Source: a virus. Taken from it: a stretch of DNA of 64,000 bases. The notes below the pieces were generated by a model. The model was not told the DNA's origin, searched no databases, and saw only the letters and a program-made list of their open reading frames with translations. This document shows, in pieces, positions 59,572 to 64,000 of this stretch (the stretch's first letter is position 1; each line of letters begins with the position of its first letter). The stretch covers positions 2,784-66,783 of IMG/VR virus record IMGVR_UViG_3300021185_001264. One strand, written 5' to 3'. A program made the position numbers and the translations under genes.

Positions 59572-59821
59572 TTTTCTCTTTTTCCTGTTTTTCTAGGACA
59601 AGGTCTAACTTCGTTTTAAGTCTAATCAGATCGTTGTCCAGCATACGCACTCTATCGATTAAAGCGATAAGCGTCATATGCGATTCATCTATAACGGGAT
59701 TAACTTCCTCAGTTACCCATTTCCAAATATAATATATAAAATACCCTAAACCGCCAGCGGCAATTATTGGGAACCCATACTGACTTACAGCCTGGGCTAA
59801 ATCTAGCTCTACTACATCCAT
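59495..59821 (-). CDS. Small membrane protein (GFPI motif, coiled-coil tail)
   Basis: QYGFPIIAAGGLGYFIYYIW...LIDRVRMLDNDLIRL; paralogue of 60036..60314. Confidence 0.65.
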   Translation of the reverse strand: MDVVELDLAQAVSQYGFPIIAAGGLGYFIYYIWKWVTEEVNPVIDESHMTLIALIDRVRMLDNDLIRLKTKLDLVLEKQEKEKNEKETIERTNTNTVSNVNTKSGKRK

Positions 59822-60033
59822 TACTTATTTTGATCCGTATCTGTTGTAGTTCTTATATCGTCTGGGTGTTTAACAAACGTGACTTGCTCATATACTTGAC
59901 CGTCTCGTTCAATTTTTGATATCGATGCCATAAACTTATCGCCATGCTTGATCTTTACCAACTCAGGCTTTAGTTCTCTGTCCATCATGATATGCTCACC
60001 TACCAAATCAAAGGTGTAATCTACAAATAGCAT
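59821..60033 (-). CDS. Hypothetical protein
   Basis: 70 aa, coupled to both neighbours. Confidence 0.6.
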   Translation of the reverse strand: MLFVDYTFDLVGEHIMMDRELKPELVKIKHGDKFMASISKIERDGQVYEQVTFVKHPDDIRTTTDTDQNK

Positions 60034-60035
60034 TG

Positions 60036-60314
60036 TTAATCCTTCCTTGCATCCTGTTGTCCATCCGCTCTTGAAATGCGGTTTAAGTCAGGTGAAATTC
60101 CAAACGCATGGCATACTGAAACATCAATTCTAACTACTTCATTGTTCATCGTTTTAATTCTATTGTCTAGTGCCTGAGCGAAACCTCTTTGAGTTTTAAT
60201 ATCTCCGAGTACTCCATCCAGAATAAACTTAAGTGTGAGAAACACAAAGAAACCTCCAGCTAAGGCAGAGGCTATTGGAAAGCCCACATCAGCTACAAAC
60301 TGCAACATTTCCAT
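60036..60314 (-). CDS. Small membrane protein (GFPI motif, coiled-coil tail)
   Basis: DVGFPIASALAGGFFVF...LDNRIKTMNNEVVRI; first gene after a late promoter. Confidence 0.65.
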   Translation of the reverse strand: MEMLQFVADVGFPIASALAGGFFVFLTLKFILDGVLGDIKTQRGFAQALDNRIKTMNNEVVRIDVSVCHAFGISPDLNRISRADGQQDARKD

Positions 60315-60350
60315 ATTGTATTCCTATGAGTTGTTTTCATTATATACGAT

Positions 60351-60358
60351 TATTTATA
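60351..60358 (-). promoter_or_regulatory. Late promoter heading the curli cluster
   Basis: TATAAATA on -, just downstream of a terminator and about 36 nt before the ATG at 60314. Confidence 0.78.
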
Positions 60359-60360
60359 CG

Positions 60361-60381
60361 AAAAGGGCGCCTGAGCGCCCT
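60361..60381 (-). terminator. Intrinsic terminator
   Basis: AGGGCGC-N4-GCGCCCT followed by a T-run on -. Confidence 0.75.
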
Positions 60382-60429
60382 AACTTTACAAAATGTGACA
60401 ATATGAACTAATATTGCTTTTACAATGCA

Positions 60430-60798
60430 TCATTCATCTGGAGGATCTTTTGATTCTCCTAACTCGATGTATCCTAATAGCAGTAATGTAGAGAAAATGT
60501 CGCCTATAATGCCTATCACAAAGAATGGTAGTATGTAGTAAAAGACCTCTATGTATCCTTGCATGTACATTATTAACATTGCCATACCCATGATAAATCG
60601 AAACTGCCACATCTCAGATAGTCCACTCTCCCAGTCAAAAGATATTTGCTTAATGGTCATCATGACGGCTGTAACGTAATAGTAGAATATTGTGGCATAC
60701 GTTACCATAATACTGACTAGAAATAACTCAGTTTCCTCAGCAGGATAAAAGGCGAAGGCTGCTATGCTTAAAAGTAGTAGGTATTGTAATCTTGACAT
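60430..60798 (-). CDS. Hypothetical membrane protein
   Basis: 122 aa with about four hydrophobic segments; AAGGG upstream. Confidence 0.6.
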   Translation of the reverse strand: MSRLQYLLLLSIAAFAFYPAEETELFLVSIMVTYATIFYYYVTAVMMTIKQISFDWESGLSEMWQFRFIMGMAMLIMYMQGYIEVFYYILPFFVIGIIGDIFSTLLLLGYIELGESKDPPDE

Positions 60799-60816
60799 AT
60801 TTTATCCCTTGAATTG

Positions 60817-60835
60817 AAACAGGAGCCGAAGCTCC
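60817..60835 (-). terminator. UUCG hairpin / terminator
   Basis: GGAGC-TTCG-GCTCC-TGTTT on -, after the AAA+ gene. Confidence 0.65.
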
Positions 60836-60859
60836 CGTCAATGGATTATCTAATACTAT

Positions 60860-62056
60860 TTAGAACGAGGTAGAATCCATATTATCAATGAAGTCTTCAT
60901 CAGTAGGAGTAGGAACATCATCGGTCTGGTATGCACCAGTATCGATCTTGGTGTAAAGGTCGATGAACGCCCCACGTGTATCAGTATCGAAACGATTGAC
61001 ACATAACTCAATTGCCTTCATTCGATCACCGAAGATAGAGAAGGTCTGAACAATGTGGCAGAGACGGCGAGTAGAGATGATCTCATCAACCCCACCATCT
61101 TCGAAGGTCTTACGGATTGCTTGACCCCACTGTACCAACTTTTCAGCAAACTCAGTATCGTTTGCACCGAACTTGGTCATGTGGTTGTTAACGATTCGCT
61201 TCTCAACGGCTGCCGTTGCGTAAGGTTGCTCAAGTGTAATCGTGAAACGCTCAAGGAATGCCTCATCGATTATCGTAGCCGCAATGAAGCGACCCTGTTC
61301 ATCACCTTGACCTTTAGTGTTAGCAGTAGCAATGACATTGAACCCTGGCTTAGGCGTAATCACTTCACCAGTTTTCTTGATCAAGAAGGGCTTACCTTCT
61401 AGAATGCCTTGCAGACACATCAGCTTGTTAGAGCCACGGTCAATTTCATCGATCAACAGGATCGCTCCAGCTTCCATCGCCTTGATGACTGGACCTTTTG
61501 CAAAGACAGTCTCACCATTTAGCAGGCGGAATCCACCAATCAAATCATCTTCATCAGTCTCAGGAGTGATTTGCACACGGACGTATTCACGCTTTAGGTT
61601 AGCGCAAACTTGCTCAATCATCATTGTCTTACCGTTACCAGATAGACCAGCAACATACATCGGATAGAACAATTGGCTTTGAACAATCTTCTTAACGTCA
61701 TTGAAGTAGCCCCACTTTACGAAAGTGGAATCAGCACTAGGCACGTAAACTTCTTCAGAAGAAGTAGACTGTACTTTGCCGACAGCGGCGACAGGTGCGG
61801 CTGGTGCCGCTTGTTGAGGTATTGCTTGAGGCGATACCTGCGGAGTCATAGGAACGACATTGCCTGAGCCGATCATCTGGTAAACACCACGACCTACTCG
61901 AGGCAGTTGTTTCATCAGAGTGTAAGCGGCAGAGCCAGTGTAGCCATTCTCTTCAGCAAATTTGAACATCTCTTGGCGTTCAAAAGAAGCCTGACCTTCG
62001 TGGGACGTTACAAACGCATCAAGAAGATTGGCTTGGGTTTCGGATAAATTCATCAT
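60860..62056 (-). CDS. MoxR/CbbQ/CobS-like AAA+ ATPase
   Basis: GLSGNGKT Walker A, ETDEDDLIGG, LLIDEID Walker B, ATANTKG.G, EAFLERF, ISTRRL. Start likely the ATG at 62056 (GGAG upstream). Confidence 0.9.
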   Translation of the reverse strand: MMNLSETQANLLDAFVTSHEGQASFERQEMFKFAEENGYTGSAAYTLMKQLPRVGRGVYQMIGSGNVVPMTPQVSPQAIPQQAAPAAPVAAVGKVQSTSSEEVYVPSADSTFVKWGYFNDVKKIVQSQLFYPMYVAGLSGNGKTMMIEQVCANLKREYVRVQITPETDEDDLIGGFRLLNGETVFAKGPVIKAMEAGAILLIDEIDRGSNKLMCLQGILEGKPFLIKKTGEVITPKPGFNVIATANTKGQGDEQGRFIAATIIDEAFLERFTITLEQPYATAAVEKRIVNNHMTKFGANDTEFAEKLVQWGQAIRKTFEDGGVDEIISTRRLCHIVQTFSIFGDRMKAIELCVNRFDTDTRGAFIDLYTKIDTGAYQTDDVPTPTDEDFIDNMDSTSF

Positions 62057-62082
62057 AATATAGTCTCCAGTCATTCGGTTTA

Positions 62083-62129
62083 TCTCAATCTATACAAGTA
62101 GTATAGCAGGTCTAGCCACAATGTCAACC
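62083..62129 (-). promoter_or_regulatory. Phage early promoter, copy 1 of a 47-nt repeat
   Basis: GGTTGACATTGTGG...TATACT...TACTTGTATA.ATTGAGA; 39/47 identical to copy 2 (hand count). Confidence 0.75.
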
Positions 62130-62360
62130 ATTAAATGCACTATTTTCAAAAAAATTATCAACTACTTTGTCCATTTCTCCGAATGGACCAGAAGCGTTTT
62201 CCTCTTCTTGGGCATCTTGGATATCCATTAGATCGACTTTCAGTTCAGCTAACAGTACCTTAGTCTCATGAGGTATCGCACCTGGTCGAATACTTTCTAT
62301 AGTAGCAAAGGCATTCTGAGCGGCACTGATCGCTTGCATTTTTTCTTGAACATTTTTCAT
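62124..62360 (-). CDS. Hypothetical early protein (78 aa)
   Basis: Start re-assigned to MKNVQEK because the longer TTG start lies inside the promoter. Confidence 0.6.
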   Translation of the reverse strand: MKNVQEKMQAISAAQNAFATIESIRPGAIPHETKVLLAELKVDLMDIQDAQEEENASGPFGEMDKVVDNFFENSAFNG

Positions 62361-62375
62361 AATATAACTCACTTT

Positions 62376-62422
62376 TCTCAATTTATACAAGTATTTTAAC
62401 AGGATTGACCACAATGTCAACC
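62376..62422 (-). promoter_or_regulatory. Phage early promoter, copy 2 of a 47-nt repeat
   Basis: GGTTGACATTGTGG...TAAAAT...TACTTGTATA.ATTGAGA. Confidence 0.75.
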
Positions 62423-62435
62423 CTTATTTTCACTT

Positions 62436-64000
62436 TTATGCAACTAATTCCGCAAACTTTTTGGTAACCACTCGGTTGCCTTTCTTAGATCCGCTATGCT
62501 TTTTGAAAGCACGGGCGATCTGGGCTGGGGTAGCAGTTGACTCGATTTCGAAATCATCAGTCTCGCCTGACATGCTGGAAGACTTGTCGACCATAATGAA
62601 TCGGCGATCATATCCACTTTCTTTCTCGACTACCCAGACACCGTTTTTGGTCATCTCTTTACGGGCTACCTGTTGAGCAGAATGCTTGTAAGGCAGGATC
62701 GTGTATAACTCATTTTTGAAATCACGACGGTCGCAGATAAAGAAGTTGGCTGTGGTCACGTTAGGACCAGTAACAGCATTCAATATCTTGGCAGTGTTTT
62801 TGCGAGAATCTCCCCAACCCATGTGAAGATCAACTTTCTTGCCGTTGATATTCATCACATAGTCACGGCTTGCAAAAGAGTTGTCAACGCCAGACTTCAA
62901 ATATACTCGGTCACTTTCACCATCAGTTAGAGTGACTAGGTTCAGCTTATGCACTGGATTAGACTTCATGAAGTCTTGGATCAGGTACTGAGTAGCGAGT
63001 AATGCGGCATTCAGAGGAGTACTTCCAAAGTCTTCCAGTGAAGGCAAGTAACGTAGCTTATACATTTGATCATAGAAGGTACGCATACCTAGATTGAAAT
63101 CCGATTTAGACATTTTGTTACTGAACAACTGGTTCAATTGCAATTCATCATACTCAAAACGAGTTAGGTTACTCGAAGCGGCTTTCAGCTTTTCAGTAAA
63201 CTCTACAGTGTTAGCACGGCGAGTAGTAAACCCATAAACTTCGAACGGGATGTTTACTCGCTTGCAGAACATCACTAGAGCAATAGTCTGGCGCATTACA
63301 GCAGGCATACGCTGGTACATTGACCCTGAGTAATCGACTAGCATAATCATGCCGTGATTTTTACCGTCGGCAAGAGTAGTCACCTGTTTGAATAACTGGT
63401 CATCATACTTGTATGAATGAAGCTTGTTAACATCAAGTGAACCCTTAGTCGAGGTACGGGCACGGGCTGAACGAAAGGCTGCCTTACGCATCTCGAATTC
63501 TTTAGCCATCAAGTTTACAACTTGCTTGGTCTCAGCCATGAAAGTGTCATAGCTAACTTCTGGCTCCATAAACTCGTAACCCAGACCATCAAGTTTGATA
63601 TCATGGGCTATACGGCTCTGAAGCACAGTCTTATAATCAGCAGTTAGTAGTTCAAACGCTTGGCGAGTCATGCCTTGTAGAAAAGTAGAACCAGTTTCAA
63701 CCAGATCAGACATGTTTTCTCTTTGAGCCTTATCAGTCTCTACTTCAGGAAGATCACTTGGAGGATTGTCAGCCCCTTTACCAGCGATAGACTTTTCACC
63801 GTCTTCATCCTCTAACTCATCTTCAGTCTCAGTGGCTTTGGCATCAGAAGAACTTTCTTCTCCCTCTTCATCACCCTCTTCTGAGTTGCTGGATGAGTCG
63901 TTAGATTCCTCACCGTTCTCATCTTCATCAGACTGACCTTCATCACTTTGAGGTGGTGTCTGGTCTTCATCTTTAAGTTGATCGATAAGATCCTGAAGTT
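62436..64000 (-). CDS. VWA (MIDAS)-domain protein, CobT-like partner of the AAA+ ATPase; 5'-truncated by the window
   Basis: LVDYSGSM, STPL and LTDGES MIDAS motifs. The frame stays open beyond 63713 to the window edge through a very acidic linker. Confidence 0.85.
   Translation of the reverse strand, partial: LQDLIDQLKDEDQTPPQSDEGQSDEDENGEESNDSSSNSEEGDEEGEESSSDAKATETEDELEDEDGEKSIAGKGADNPPSDLPEVETDKAQRENMSDLVETGSTFLQGMTRQAFELLTADYKTVLQSRIAHDIKLDGLGYEFMEPEVSYDTFMAETKQVVNLMAKEFEMRKAAFRSARARTSTKGSLDVNKLHSYKYDDQLFKQVTTLADGKNHGMIMLVDYSGSMYQRMPAVMRQTIALVMFCKRVNIPFEVYGFTTRRANTVEFTEKLKAASSNLTRFEYDELQLNQLFSNKMSKSDFNLGMRTFYDQMYKLRYLPSLEDFGSTPLNAALLATQYLIQDFMKSNPVHKLNLVTLTDGESDRVYLKSGVDNSFASRDYVMNINGKKVDLHMGWGDSRKNTAKILNAVTGPNVTTANFFICDRRDFKNELYTILPYKHSAQQVARKEMTKNGVWVVEKESGYDRRFIMVDKSSSMSGETDDFEIESTATPAQIARAFKKHSGSKKGNRVVTKKFAELVA

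Noticed and set aside
60860-64000. Cobalamin biosynthesis (cobS/cobT) as an auxiliary pathway
   Set aside because: MoxR AAA+/VWA pairs are generic chaperone modules in large phages; no cobN or other cob genes are seen here.
1-64000. CRISPR array, diversity-generating retroelement, intron/intein or IS element
   Set aside because: By eye I saw no spaced direct-repeat array, reverse transcriptase, transposase or interrupted core gene. A computational self-alignment was not possible, so subtle repeats could be missed.

Overview
This 64-kb window is part of a large T4-like (myovirus) phage genome, probably marine. The host is probably an alphaproteobacterium, judging from a permuted two-piece tmRNA with an ANDN... 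tag and a hemO-pcyX-type cassette. Positions 1-21 kb hold tail-fibre and accessory virion genes, including an LRR protein and two large paralogues. Positions 21-45.5 kb hold the baseplate/tail module (gp8, gp7-like, gp6, gp25, gp5, gp27-like, gp53, gp48, gp4, gp2, gp54, gp26/gp51, tape-measure-like). Positions 45.5-48 kb hold gp32, gp59, gp33 and DsbA. Positions 48-60 kb are an accessory region: small outer-membrane protein, tmRNA, PiT-like transporter, bilin reductase plus heme oxygenase, P-loop kinase, SleB-type hydrolase, and a late-promoter-driven curli (CsgF/CsgG/curlin)-FecR-CHASE2 adenylate cyclase cluster. Positions 60.8-64 kb hold a MoxR-type AAA+/VWA pair with repeated early promoters. 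The most notable leads are: (1) a virion-region protein with two phycobiliprotein-like Cys-x-Arg-Asp bilin-attachment motifs in a genome that also encodes bilin synthesis; (2) the curli-pore/FecR/cyclase trans-envelope module; (3) a candidate -1 frameshift fusing gp26 and gp51; (4) the two-piece tmRNA. All protein calls come from motif recognition and synteny by eye; no database searches were run.
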